The position numbers and the translations under genes were made by a program. Source: Ancylonema sp. (lineage: Eukaryota). From it: a DNA stretch of 20,180 nt. Shown in pieces: positions 1-12,000 of the stretch. The number at the start of each line of letters is the position of its first letter. Position 1 is the first letter of the stretch. Location: assembly GCA_050230475.1 (NCBI GenBank), contig JBFLGF010000094.1:62001-82180 (forward strand), in the 5' to 3' direction. The notes beneath the pieces are model-generated. The model was not told the origin of the DNA. It was given only the letters and a program-made list of their open reading frames with translations, and did not search any database.

Positions 1-855
1 TCGCCTTATCAGCAGTCTGCTGAGTAGCCTCACCAGCCTGGTGTGCCTTCTCCTGCGTTATATCACTCGCCTGCTTCGCGGTCTCGGAAGCTTTGTTGCC
101 AGTGTCGTGGGCAGCCTGCTTGGGTTTGTCAGCCGCCTCATGCGACTTATCTTGGGCCATCCCTGCCACTTCTGAAGCTTTGTTCTGCCAAAGAAATCCA
201 ACACAAGTAAATATTCAGAGCCAGGTATACCTAAAAGTAAGTTTAGAACATACGAATCTCAGTTGTATACCAAAATTTGAGATAATCGCGTCCTGTTACA
301 AAGTAACGACCATTGCAAACCATAGGAAATAAGTCAAAAGTACAAACCAACAGTGACGAGTTTTAAATCATCGTTGATATCGCCTTATCACTATGGTTCT
401 GAACATTTGATATTGAGAACATACCTTCATTGCTTCGGCTGCCCCACCAATTTTATCCTTCATCGACTCGAGCATACCCTTCGAATCCTGATTTTCCTGA
501 ATAACGATGGAAGGTTGTAAATAAGACTCACGAAACAAACGCACTAAACTGCTTCCCATAAGATGAAAGGGATGAAATGATACGAACTGCGACATTCGAA
601 TTTCAGAAAACGAAAGGTCATGAATACCGGGGGAGCATAGAGGCTGTTCACGTGAAGAATAATCTCCCAGCTTTCAACTATTTCAGCTTTTAACTACAGC
701 ACTGAAGGGTATCTTCACAGCTAGAAGGAAGGAAATATAATTCCGAACATTAATTGCTTTCGACAGCCACATAGGTTAAGTAATATTTTACAGCAACAAT
801 AAGACAAGCATACCAGCCTCTCAGTCTAATATTTTCAGGACGTTACCTGCGACAT
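1..855 (-). CDS. Late embryogenesis abundant protein, group 3 / LEA_4-like (3' end runs off the window); exons 855-847, 496-425, 184-<1
   Basis: Spliced by hand at canonical sites: ATG TCG CAG|GTAAC (855-847); TTATTCAG|GAA..ATG AAG|GTATGT (496-425); TTTGGCAG|AAC (184 onward). Product MSQ-ENQDSKGMLESMKDKIGGAAEAMK-NKASEVAGMAQDKSHEAADKPKQAAHDTGNKASETAKQASDITQEKAHQAGEATQQTADKA.. is hydrophilic, A/K/E/Q/T-rich, lacks Cys/Trp/aromatics and has ~11-mer periodicity with repeated NKASE. All introns are phase 0. Confidence 0.88.
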
Positions 856-1047
856 GGTGACGTTGAAACGCTTGGAACAGCAAAAGAATGATTTCGATAC
901 AGCTGTAGATGGAGGCAAAGCGGAATGAAGCTCAGACAATAGCACGAAAGAAAAGATACTTGCTACCAAATGATTTTCTGAAGTATAAGTAAAGATGATA
1001 TCTGAGAAAAGGGTGGCTGCGGAACTGCGGACTCTCAACATTCGGCG

Positions 1048-1486
1048 TGCATGCTGGAGTTGCGAAACGTGGCAGATATCTCACTAACTTGAGTGCTGTT
1101 CAGACAGTGGGCTGTGCACGTGGCGCCCAACGAGAAACTACTGCCACGACATACTGATTATTAACAGCTGGCGGAGGCGTTCCTGGGTCGATATGACGCT
1201 AGCGGTTGTGGCCGATGAAAAACAGAAGGTTCGCGACACTTCGGTACGCTGGACCATTCAGATGAAGGATTTGAATAATAAATATTTGGAATTCCTGCAC
1301 CTCTTTGGCCACTTGTACACTTGGCGAGTCACTGTTTTATTGACATAGTCGACAGTAACGTGGTGCTCAAGTTTTACCGATGAACAACGTGAAGAGACTT
1401 GTAAGGTGATCTTCGAGAGAATCGAAGCGTACTTCCTGGCGGCGGTTGCAGCTCTACGTCATCTTTTAATTCGATGCCGACGTGGC
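1048..1486 (-). promoter_or_regulatory. ABA/desiccation-responsive promoter cluster of the LEA gene (ABREs, RY, DRE core)
   Basis: ACGTGGC at 1067-1073, CACGTGGC at 1117-1124, ACGTGGC at 1480-1486 overlapping the DRE core GCCGAC (1476-1481), AACGTGGT at 1357-1364, RY motif CATGCA (minus strand, 1048-1053). All lie 200-630 bp upstream of the LEA ATG. Confidence 0.75.
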
Positions 1487-1904
1487 TACTCTATGAAAAT
1501 ACGGGTTTGAAAATACGGCTTACTCAAATTGAAATGCGAACCTCGAGTACGGCATGAGCGGTTGGTGACTTCGAATGTTGTTCCGGAGTGGGGCAACGAT
1601 AAATTTTCCCAGAAGATAATAAATTGTTGGTGTGCAAGTTAGTTTTCAGGGAGGTCATGAGTATGACATATGTAATATTCATTTATTTTAAACCATAAAT
1701 TTTCCTGAAATATAAATTGATATGTGAAAATTTGTGCGTATTGCGCTCATATTTATCATCGACGAGACTTGTTCGCTTAGGAACTCGAGATTTTCGTTGA
1801 AGGTTACCAAAGTTGGCTCTATCCATGTGTCCATGTCGTTTTGGCACTAAGGAAATAAAAGCTATTTTGCAATTGTGACGCGTGTTTTCACATACGAAAT
1901 CGAT

Positions 1905-1940
1905 AACTCGAAAAAACTCGAAAAAAATCGAAAAAAATCA
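1905..1940. repeat. Short 10-bp tandem repeat (AAAAAA[C/A]TCG) x ~3.5
   Basis: aactcg aaaaaactcg aaaaaaatcg aaaaaaatca read directly. Confidence 0.8.
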
Positions 1941-2861
1941 TTGCGCCATGCCGCATAGAAATTATCCATACCGAACAATTTTACAAATAGCATATATACA
2001 AATCACATGTATATGACCCAACACAACACATCGATGATCGAGTGAGTCGACGTAATGACAATAATTATACATAAAAGACAATATAACAAGATGATACAAG
2101 TATTAATAACACAGTATCAATAATTGAATTTTTGAACTCACGAGATAGAATGACGGTATATCTCTGAATTTTAGATGCAAAAAATAGAACATTTTCTAAA
2201 CTTGTCACTTTCAGCCATAGAAATAGCTTCAAATGAATGCAATACAAAGTATAGGTGCACCGATTGGCCTAGAAGTTTCCAACACCCATGTAAGACAACG
2301 ACACTAAGTCGTACAATACAACAACATCTTTGACTAAAACGATTTGGCAAATCGGATTTTCGTACCGGTTCATGTCCAAGTATTTTTGGGCCTTAGTGCA
2401 ATCGTAATCGATGAGCTACATAAGCTACATGATTTCATTGAAATCGTGCACGTGTGTAACGAAGCGCAAGTCACGTTTCAAATCTATGCTAGGGGCACTC
2501 CCACCCGCCCCCCCCCCCCGTTGTGGATTTTATGTGTCGCTTGTACGAGGTTGTCATCAACATTCCTAGGACTTCGGTCAATAAATTATTTACTATAATT
2601 TTTGGAATATACCGAAATGGTGTACAAAATCGGAGTTCCTTTCTTTCGTATTGGAAACATGGGGGGGGGAATTGAAAAATTGAAAAATCAAAAAATTGGA
2701 ATTTGTAGCCTCGGTCGTGCCTCGGTGTGAAATTATGAAGGATTGATAATTTTAAAAAAGGTGATCATTCACAAGTGCTGGGCTTTCGTCGTGACATAAA
2801 TGATTGCCACTTTTTTGGATGTTTCGTTTTTACTTCAAAAAAAATACCCAATCAAGGAGTA

Positions 2862-3082
2862 CCGTAGTGGCCTCACTTAATGACCCGGGTTTTCTAAACG
2901 AATTAATGTAGGTAATGAACCACCATTTGACCTAACCCGCGCACCCAATAGAAAATTTACCAAACTCATGCAAATCGTTATTATACAATGACCCACTTTT
3001 TATACATTAATTTTCTTAGTGCATTTGACCCGACGCACCCTTTTTATGATTATTTGAGGGTCATTATGTGTGGTGAGTACGG
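2862..3082. mobile_element. Tc1/mariner-type (pogo-like) MITE, 221 bp, TA target-site duplication
   Basis: Left TA|CCGTAGTGGCCTCACTTAATGACCC versus reverse complement of right end TA|CCGTACTCACCACACATAATGACCC (22/27 identical including TA). TA at 2860-2861 and 3083-3084; internal TGACCC sub-repeats; no ORF. Confidence 0.75.
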
Positions 3083-4384
3083 TAGATTGATAGGCATCTT
3101 TTGAATCCGTATGTACGTTATGAGTATCCACTGTTGGTATTGATGAAAGTAAAACGTTAGTTAATAATACTCTAACGGTCTTTCAGTTAGTGTTGATCAT
3201 GACATCCAAACTCCTTGATATACATAGTTCAATTAGAGAATGGAATAAGAAGCTTCGAGGAAGTTTCGATTTGCACATCGCGACCTGTACTCCGATACAT
3301 GATTTCGGCCAACTTGTAGCGGAGACGCTTGGAAGCAAGGTTAGTGATTGGGATAGTTATAATACCGTGGAATGCCAAGGGGAGGGGACAAAACCCAAAT
3401 AAACCCACCATATCCTTGATTGAGTCAGTTTTCCAATTTGGTTTTTCGCGAAGAAGAAGAAGTGGCCATCATTGTTGAACAAGATCCACTCGCTCATGTG
3501 AAAGTGATGAGCTATATTTTAAAATATGGAGAAATGTTATCCATAATTATTTTCATCATGACCAATACAAGTATCACATAATCAATTGTACTTTCATGTC
3601 ATCCATTTATCTGACTGTTGCACAATTTATCACCAATTGAAAATTTAGAGCCCCAAACCGATGACGTCTTGGTGTTCAAGAACACGCCCACTCGAGGACG
3701 CAAGTAGGCTTTCGCGCCAAGTTAGCCACCTTATTGCTTTTTTTTTTGGGGCTCCGGAGGCGGGCTCTTCGGATTTGGATTTTGGTCCGTTCTCACTGTC
3801 TCGTGGTGCCAGAGTTTTTTCCCCCTTCTTCTCCCTTTCCCCCTATTTTCCCTTCCCCCCCCCGCCCCCAAATATAAATCGTCTAACCCAATGGTATTTT
3901 ATATGTCATATTGATCATTTATCCGATGTGAATTGTTTTGCATTGCTAAAATATTCATGGAAGCGCCACTTGGAGCGGCACGTAAGGCAATAAAAAACAC
4001 GTTGGGGAGGGGTAGAACTTAAGGTCCGCGGCAAGAAATTGATATAAATTATTGTCTTGGGATGTATGATAGTGTATCATTCACAATGTTGGATGGACCG
4101 GATTACACTGAATGTGGAGTGAGTTGCTCGTAGACTCCGCTCACGCACCTCTTGAGGTGTGATACCTAATTATAATGCTAAACGCGCGGGGTCCACAACG
4201 TCAACGACATCCGTAGAGACGTCGGGCTGCAATTGGATACTGTTCCCTAGTTGTTCCGATTGGTCGAGACTTTTGTCTTGTCATTCGTGTTTGTTGACAC
4301 AATTCTGCGTTTGGGTGTCACTTGTTTGCAGACTGACGATAGTTAATGTTACTTATTGAGAAGATGTTGAGGTTATGTATGCCA

Positions 4385-4668
4385 TGAGTTGGGGCAGATC
4401 CGGCGGGAAATCTTCGATCCGCCGGCGGACCAAATCAGATCCGATCCGGAGTTGATCCGGATTGGACCGCTGATAACCCGGTGAGCCGTTGAATGAAGAA
4501 AAAATCCGCATGCGGCGCATATTACACGCTGGTTGCGTAAGTATCCGCAATTCGCGCCCCCCCTACCCCCGTAGTTATGCCCGATCTGATCCGGACATCA
4601 CCGATCTAACCGGATAGCCCCATCGGGATCAGTTCCTAAGCGGGGATCGGGGGATTGGGGCACAACTA
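4385..4668. repeat. GATCCG/CGGATC-rich GC island, probably a decayed transposon subterminal-repeat remnant
   Basis: Many ATCCG/CGGAT/GATC motifs in both orientations within AT-rich flanks; imperfect inverted pair TAGTTATGCCC (4572) / GGGCACAACTA (ends 4668). No convincing TSD. Confidence 0.45.
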
Positions 4669-6010
4669 TGATCAACATTGAGATGGCTGGCCGCTGATGT
4701 ATTACTATGAGATGATTGGATCAACCCAATCCACCCACTAGATTCCCGGAAATGACTATTGGCTCAAGTTTATGCTATCAACTTATTTGCCCTCACTGGT
4801 GTGCACATTGGTGAAGTGCGTGCTCCTAAGTCCTTGGTCCATGGGATTTTCGTTATGCCACACGGCCAACCTTCTCATATCAAAAGTTGTAATCGCCTAC
4901 ACATGCTTCCATGATGATGACTTATGATCTTTCCTCGGTTTTATACATCCTCCTACCCTCTCCCATCCTCGATTGTTATGCTTAACGGCATCTACTTGTG
5001 TAACATCATATTCAGTTTTCACAGAATGGCCTTCCCGCGAGCTGTTGGAGGTTCAAAATTGAGCACCATGTACGACATATTCATGGTAGTGTTTCGTCCT
5101 TCTTGATGGGAAGGAGGGGGAGGGGAGGTAAATTTGGGATGACTAATGAGGTACCACAAAATGTCTCATGGTCATAATTGCATCGAAATTCGCCTTTCCA
5201 CGGAGGCATCAAAACATGCTAGGAGGTAAACACTTAATAACACACAACGACACCATAGACGAGTCTCATAAGCCATAGTGTGATGGGGCATTGAATTAAA
5301 TAAAAAATACATGTTAGAGCACTCTAGAGTACAAAGATACTACATATCGAAACCAAATCGAGATTCATACTTTACAAGTCATCACCCTCTCGAGGGAGCA
5401 TCCTAACCGACCTGATCTCCCTCCAAAGCTGGAGGACGTAGTACCCCAAATATTTCTGAATGAGTACTACAACTAATGCTTGCTACACCAGCCTTCCCAA
5501 TTGCTATTTTTTCCCACTACACACTCGGTAAAACCAAGAAGTGGACAAATGAGGACCCACCTCACCGCTAAACCTCCACAACACACCAAAATGAATAAAT
5601 AAAGCAACCAAACCCCATGCCTTCTTCAAGTGCGTGAAATTCCCCCCTCCCTAGTGTAAAGCTTCAATAAATGAAAAATCGCATTCTATATTTCGTCAAC
5701 CACAGTCCGTGCCACCTTCTTGTCACATTCTTCCGGACCCCGTCTACAATTTGTGTGGGGTGGGGGTAGTCGGCTTGCTCTCCGCTCTGCGTACAACAGA
5801 GGGGGGGAGAAAACGCGAGAAGACGCACAAATAACCATCATCCACAACCACACAAAAAAACGATTTCTCACCCAGCATCAAACCATCACCACTCGAGTAA
5901 TCTCAGTAATCTAACCATGAGTTCTAAAAGCCTTCGAGTACGAAGTGCTTCCATGAGCAAAACAGGCAACCACCAGAAGAGATGAAAGATGAACATTCAG
6001 CACAAGTGGC

Positions 6011-9000
6011 TTACTCCTGGTAGCGGAACCGTGATCGGAAGTGTCCCCAACTGGTGACGTAAAAGTGCACTCCCTGCGACCACTTGAGCCCCCCAGCCTC
6101 CTCCAAAGCGACCTCCCGGATGGTGTTCACCAAATCACGGAACAACTTCTGGTCCTCCTCAGTGCTGCACACGGCAAATCCACAGAGCCACGTCAGCCAA
6201 AGATAAAAAAACTACTTCCAATAAACCCCAAAAACGCCTGTTCCCCAACCTATTCGTGGTTTCCGGGCTTCCTCTACGTTTGCATTCGGCTCCTCGAGGT
6301 CACTATGGGGCTCATTTTGGAACTCGTTTTCGGGTTTCCTAATCCTCACCTTGATGCGGAAGTGAGCCACCCCAGTATCGGTTTGATGGCGGTGGACACG
6401 ATGAGCGCCCGGAGCGACTCGTTGCTCCTCCTCCCCTCCGCCCCCACCAGCATGGACAGGTGGCGCTGGAAGGTGAGCGTCAGCTCCGTCATGTTCAGCT
6501 GCGCGTCCACGTACCCGGTGTCCACGTAGGCGTGGTCGGGCAGAATGGTGTGGACCCCCTGGTCGTACTCCAAATCGCTCACGTCCAATGGGGGGGGCTT
6601 CCCGGCCTTCCCCTTGGGGGTCCCCTCCAGGTGCGCCTGGGGGGGGCACTGGCAGGAGAGGGAGGGGTCGCACTTCTTCACGTCCTCGCTGAATTTCACA
6701 AAACGGGCGGGCTCGGCCGGGGGGGCGGGGGCGGCCTTCTTCTGGGGCCCCTCCTCTAGGAGCCTCTTCTCCTCACTGTCGGACGCGGCGGATTCCCGCA
6801 TGCTGTCCGCCCCCTCCTCCCGCTCGCTGATGCGGTCGTCGGACGCCTCCCGCCAGCTGATGTGGCGGTCCACCCGGGGCGGCCACGAGACCCCGCCCTT
6901 GGGCGTGTCCACGATGTGCGAGGGCGCGAATTTCTGCTCCTCTCCGACCGCGTGCCAGTTGCCGTGTTCGGTGCAGTACCCGCCGCGGAGCGGGACGCGG
7001 GCAATGGTCAGGTCCCCCGTACCCGCCCCCAGGAGGGTCTGGGAGAGCACCGCATACAGCTGGTCTTTCGCCAGGTGGCGAGCCCACTCGATGTTGCCGA
7101 GGCCAGCTTTTCGGCACTCCTCGAAGCGTTCTCTGACGCGCAAGAGGAGGGTCTGCTGCTTGGTGTCCGTGGAATGGAGGAAGGGGAAGAGGATGTGGGG
7201 ACGGAACCAGTCCGCGATTTCGGTGATGGGGATGATGTCGTTGGTCGTCAGGTGCGTCACCGTCGAGCGGCGGAGCTTCTTGGACCCGTCCGCCTTCTGG
7301 AGCGCTACGGCCGGGCTGTTGTTCCGCCAGGAGAGGTACTTGTTGATGCATTTGTAGGCGAGGGTGATGAGGGTGGGGCAGAAGGTGAGGAGGATGGAGA
7401 TGACGAACAGGGCCGTGGCTGCGCCCTTGAGGTTTAGGTAGTTGTAGCAGGCCAGGGCGATGGTAAACGCGAATTCCCCCAGGATGAGGGCGTTGTTAAG
7501 GATGTCCATGGAAGAGGAGGCGTAGGGAGTGAAGGGGTACTGGAAACCGATGCGGATGGCCTGGATGGGGAGCGTGATCGCCAGCTGGCGTAGGAACAGG
7601 GAGGTGGGGGGAGGGGGGGGGGGGCTGGGGTTAGCTGGATGGTGAAGCAAGGGCAGTTGGGTGGATGGGAAGCAAGAAAGGGAAAGAAAATGAAAGCATG
7701 GAGGACAAGGGAGTCGGGTGCGGATGAGAGATGGGGGGATTGCTTACAGCGACGGCCGGGTAGTTGAGTCCCAAGAAGATGGAGATGATGGCGAACGTGA
7801 TTCTTCGCGACATGTTCACAAGATGGAACCTGGCCACAGACACAAAGGCAGCCACGTCAGAATTGCTCGCCTGGATGTCAAGGGTTGCAGTAGACGAAAA
7901 AGTGAAGGCGAGGCTCACCAGTAGTAGTCTGGCAGGTATCGGTCGAAAATCCATCCGAACCGCTGGGCGTACGCCTTCGTTTCTAGCTGATCCGTGAGCG
8001 TGCCGTAGCCGACGATGCCGGCGAACATGAGGGGCACGCCGACGACGTAGAGTATGGTCATGACGACTGAGCATGTTCTGGGTGGACGACCCCCAGACGA
8101 TGTAGGGCGCGGCGCCCATGACGACCACATCCAGGGGCTGCGACTGGAAGGCCTGGACGCAGCGGATGATGACGGACACGTAGCAGTTGTCGAGCCAGTT
8201 GGTGAGGCCGTGGATGATGCGGGAAGTCTTCACGTTGTGCTCGCGTTCGCGGTGGCGCAACTGGAGCTCCTCCTCGGAAGTCTGCTTCTTGATGCCCTGC
8301 CACACCAGGTGGCGGGTGAGGACTGCCAGGTGGAAGAGGATGCCCACGATGGGGAGGATCATGGCCACGGCCCAACGACGCTCGAACTTGTAGTCGATGC
8401 GGCACTCGGGACCGACCAGGTCCTGAGGAGGGGGGGGAGGAGAGGGAAGGAAGGCCGTCAGGAAATTTTTCAAGGGCCTAGACATGGAGTATAGTTACCA
8501 AAAGCTGGGGAATCCAATCCTCGAAGTGCAATGAAAAGCTCTGGTTGTCATGAGATATCTATCCTTCCCAGAAATATTTGGTGAAAAAAAAAGAAAGTGA
8601 GGTTGTAGTAGGGCGGGTTCCTCACAGGGTCGAAGTTGGCGAGGTTGTAGTAGGTGAGCAGGTGCATCATCCAGGAGGGGGTGTTCAAGTTGTACGACCC
8701 GATCATGCACAGGATCTGGACTTCGTTGATGAACACGTCCACTGCGCCAAAGCTGTTGGTGAGGGTGTTCATCAGGAGCCACGCGCCGATGACGAGGATG
8801 ATGAGGGGGAAAATCTGCACAAAAAACACGGAAACAAATCCATGTCAGGAGCTGTGTAGGGAACCTTTCTAGGGATTACCAGATGTGGAAAAGGGATTAA
8901 GTTTGCCAGATATCTACTCAAGAGGAATGAGGTTTTGGGAGGGAGAGCACTGACGTTCGTGTAGAACCGTCCGCACTGCTGGCACGTCTGGACGATGAGG

Positions 9001-12000
9001 AGGTACCCCGGGTCGCAGGAAGAACACATCCTGTTCTCGTTATAGCCCGCGTCGCACTGCCTGGAAGCCGGTCCCGTGTAGTTAAACCCAACGCACCCGT
9101 AGGTGATGTTGCACTGGTACACGTTGGGGCTGGAGGAGTTGAGGCTGTTCACGTCCAGCCAATAGTTCCACGCCACGGCCGCGTTTCCGCCGTAGCAGTC
9201 GAGGCCGTTGCTGTTGGCGCACTGCTGACAGCTGGAGCTGGAAGACGCGCCCTCCACGAACGTGAAGGTGCCGTCGGGGCAGATGGTGGAGGGCTGGCCG
9301 GCGGCGCACCTGGGAAGGGAGGATGAGAAGGGAGGGGAAATTGAGACGTTATTGATGCTGAGGGAGACCATAGATCGAAGTCTACAACGAGATGTTACAA
9401 ACTAAGGTCCTCTGAAGTGACAACGAGTGTGGAGCAGGAGATGAGATGCTGCAGGTGCAGAGGCAGAGCACTGATCGAAGTCCATAACACATGATTGCAA
9501 GAAAGGCTTCCATGTCTTCAGCATCCCTATGCAGTGCAGGGAGGAAGACGGACGGAAATGTGCGAGGGAAATGTAGGGTTCTGGACGTTACCAGCTCCCA
9601 TAGGGGCAGACGTCGGGTTGTAGTACAGACCGTCGCCGCAGAAATCAAAGGCCAGTTCTCGCACAATGTCCGGAAACAGACCCCCTGGGCTCGTCACGCT
9701 GATGTTCACAGTGAAGGAGGCCGCTGTGGCTTGGGTGACGTCCAGGAAGATAGGGGGCAGAGTGGCCACGCCGCGTTTCACGGGAGCGCTTAGCAGGCCG
9801 CTGATTCGGGGATCGGAGGAGACGGAGACCACGGACGCGTCGTCTTGGGTGACCACGTGGCCGAAGTCGTCCAGGACGCTGATCTGGAGGGCGTTGATGG
9901 GCGAGTTGACGGATCCGATGAGACGGAAGGGCATCTGGGGGCCGTTGTCTTGGAAGCCCGACCAGCTGGAGGCGCAAAGAGGACAGGTGTCAGCATGTCA
10001 GGCTATGCAATCATCAGAGGGTTCAGCAATCTTCCCGGGCAGGGACCAACATGAGACATTGCAGCGACATTTCAGACACAGAGAAATCCCGTACCTCATG
10101 CTGAATTCCGTGGGCGCTGTGCCAAAGGGCGCCGCTTCGCTGCTGTGACAGTTCTGGCAGGCAATGCGCGCACTGGGCTGGTAAGTGGCCTCGAAAAACG
10201 AGGCTCCGGGTCCGGCCACAGCAGCATTCTGCTTGAAGATCAGGTCCGTCACTGTCAGGCTCTGGAGCGAGGTGGCTGCAGACAGGGGTGCCCGCTGAAC
10301 ATACACGCCCGCTCCCTCCTGCCCGGCACTGGTGCCCGAAAAGGTGGAGGTGGTGATAGCACCATGGCCCTGCTCGCTGATAGAGACACCTGCTCCGCTG
10401 GCCTTGGCTCGGATTTCAGCGAACATGGACGTGGTGCAGTTGAGGAACGAGCCGCCGGATACGGAGACCGCCCCCCCTGACGTGGCGGTGTTGTTCTCGA
10501 AAATGGCGAGGGTGATGGAGGACTGCGAGCTCCCAGTGGCGCTCAGTCCTCCTCCGACCAGGGCCTGGTTGCCAGACACCAGGGTTTGGATCATACTGAG
10601 CCGAGACCCGTCCTGCAGCCAGATGGCTCCGCCCTTCTCCATAGGGGCGCTGTTGTAGTGCAGGCGGCCGCTGAGCAGCCTGAGGGAGGCCTCGCCCTGA
10701 AGGACGATGGCGGAGACGGAGTTGGACTCGAAGGTGGCGTTGGCGGCAGAGGAGACTGTGTTGCCTTGGCATACCAGGGCGCCGATAGCCGCGTGGTTCT
10801 GCGTGAAGGTGGTTCCTGACAGCTGCACGGACGCCGAGTGGGTGGCTAGGATGGCACCAGCCTGCGTGAAGGAAACAAGTAAGTTAGGGTTTGCAGTCAC
10901 GTTTTGTCCCATCAGAAAGATGCAAGCCCAAATTCCTGACTTGTATTCCTCTTCCTATTTAGCAGAACCCTAAGAGCTGCTGCATGTGATGGCTGCTTTG
11001 TGGACAACAGAAACAGTTGCCTGAAACAAAAAGAAGAAGGAGAGCGGCAGCCTCTCTCACCTCAATTCGGGCTGTGTTATGCAGGAAGGTGGAGCTCGTA
11101 TCTTGCAGGACCGCATCCTGTTCAATCCACAGAGCACCCCCAGTAGCAGCTGTATTGCCAGTGACCTCCATGTTGCTAGCAACAAGCTTGGAGGAGACAC
11201 TGAGTTTCATTGCTCCTCCTTCGCTGGCGGCCGTGTTGTTTGCCATGGCAAAGCCCGAGATAGTGGCAGGAGTGAAGTCAGCGACGGAAAGGCATCCCCC
11301 ACTGATAGAAGCATTGTTGGAGATGCACCAGCCATTGGTGATGACGACAGTGGAGAATTCCTCGGCAAGAATGGCGGCTCCATGTGTGCTGTTGTTCTCC
11401 TCAAACAGAGACACCAACATATCAATCTCTCCTGTCATGCCCGCATACACGGCGCCGCCTCCCAGAGGAGACGAGTTCTGTGAGTACCGACAGCGGGAGC
11501 CTTGAAACTTGCTAACGGTTCCTGAGGCACCAACTACTGATACTGCTCCTCCCTTGAGATACGCAGAGTTGCCATGGAACACAGTGTCAGCAGCAATCAC
11601 AGAACTTCCGCCTGTGAAAATGGCTCCTCCTCGAGACTGGGAAGCCGAGTTGGAAATGAAACGGCTTCCAGTAATAGCAATATCAGAGTTTCCCTACAGG
11701 ACCCCGGGGCAGCGCATGTAGGCATACCAGGCTGATGAAGGGCGATTGTGCCGTGACATGCGTCATACACTGCAAAGTGTTGTGTAGGAACCGAAAGGAC
11801 AGAGTATCTTTGGCGTGAATGCAAATAACAGGGAAGTAGCACAGCAAACAAAGAGGAAAAGCTTACAGGAGGCACGTAGAGAGCGCCTCCGTCAGATGCA
11901 GTCACAGAATTATTCCAGAAAGTGCTTTTAGCGACACTGAGAGGCACAGCCCCTGCGAAGCCGCCATAGTAGATGCCCCCACCCGAGAGCGCTGTGTTGC

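Noticed and set aside
3648..3754. 10-bp inverted repeat GAGCCCCAAA / TTTGGGGCTC as a MITE or miRNA hairpin
   Set aside because: The stem does not extend and no TSD is evident.
2065..5914. Short ORFs of 60-110 aa in the intergenic region, and similar ones at 17662-19979
   Set aside because: No recognisable motifs or splice-compatible structure; they lie in AT-rich, transposon-derived DNA.
6346..6348. Stop codon of the receptor gene at the end of the 434-aa ORF
   Set aside because: This TGA lies within a strong donor AG|GTGAG; a phase-compatible terminal exon (6164-6011) with a GCTGAC branch site follows.
7350..9309. True adhesion GPCR with GAIN/GPS autoproteolysis site
   Set aside because: No CxCxHL(T/S)-type GPS motif precedes TM1, and there seem to be more than seven hydrophobic segments; the resemblance is architectural only.
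9312..9591. Extra exon to reconcile intron phases
   Set aside because: No convincing exon found; one added C at 9615-9617 restores phase and yields a CPxGSWC motif.
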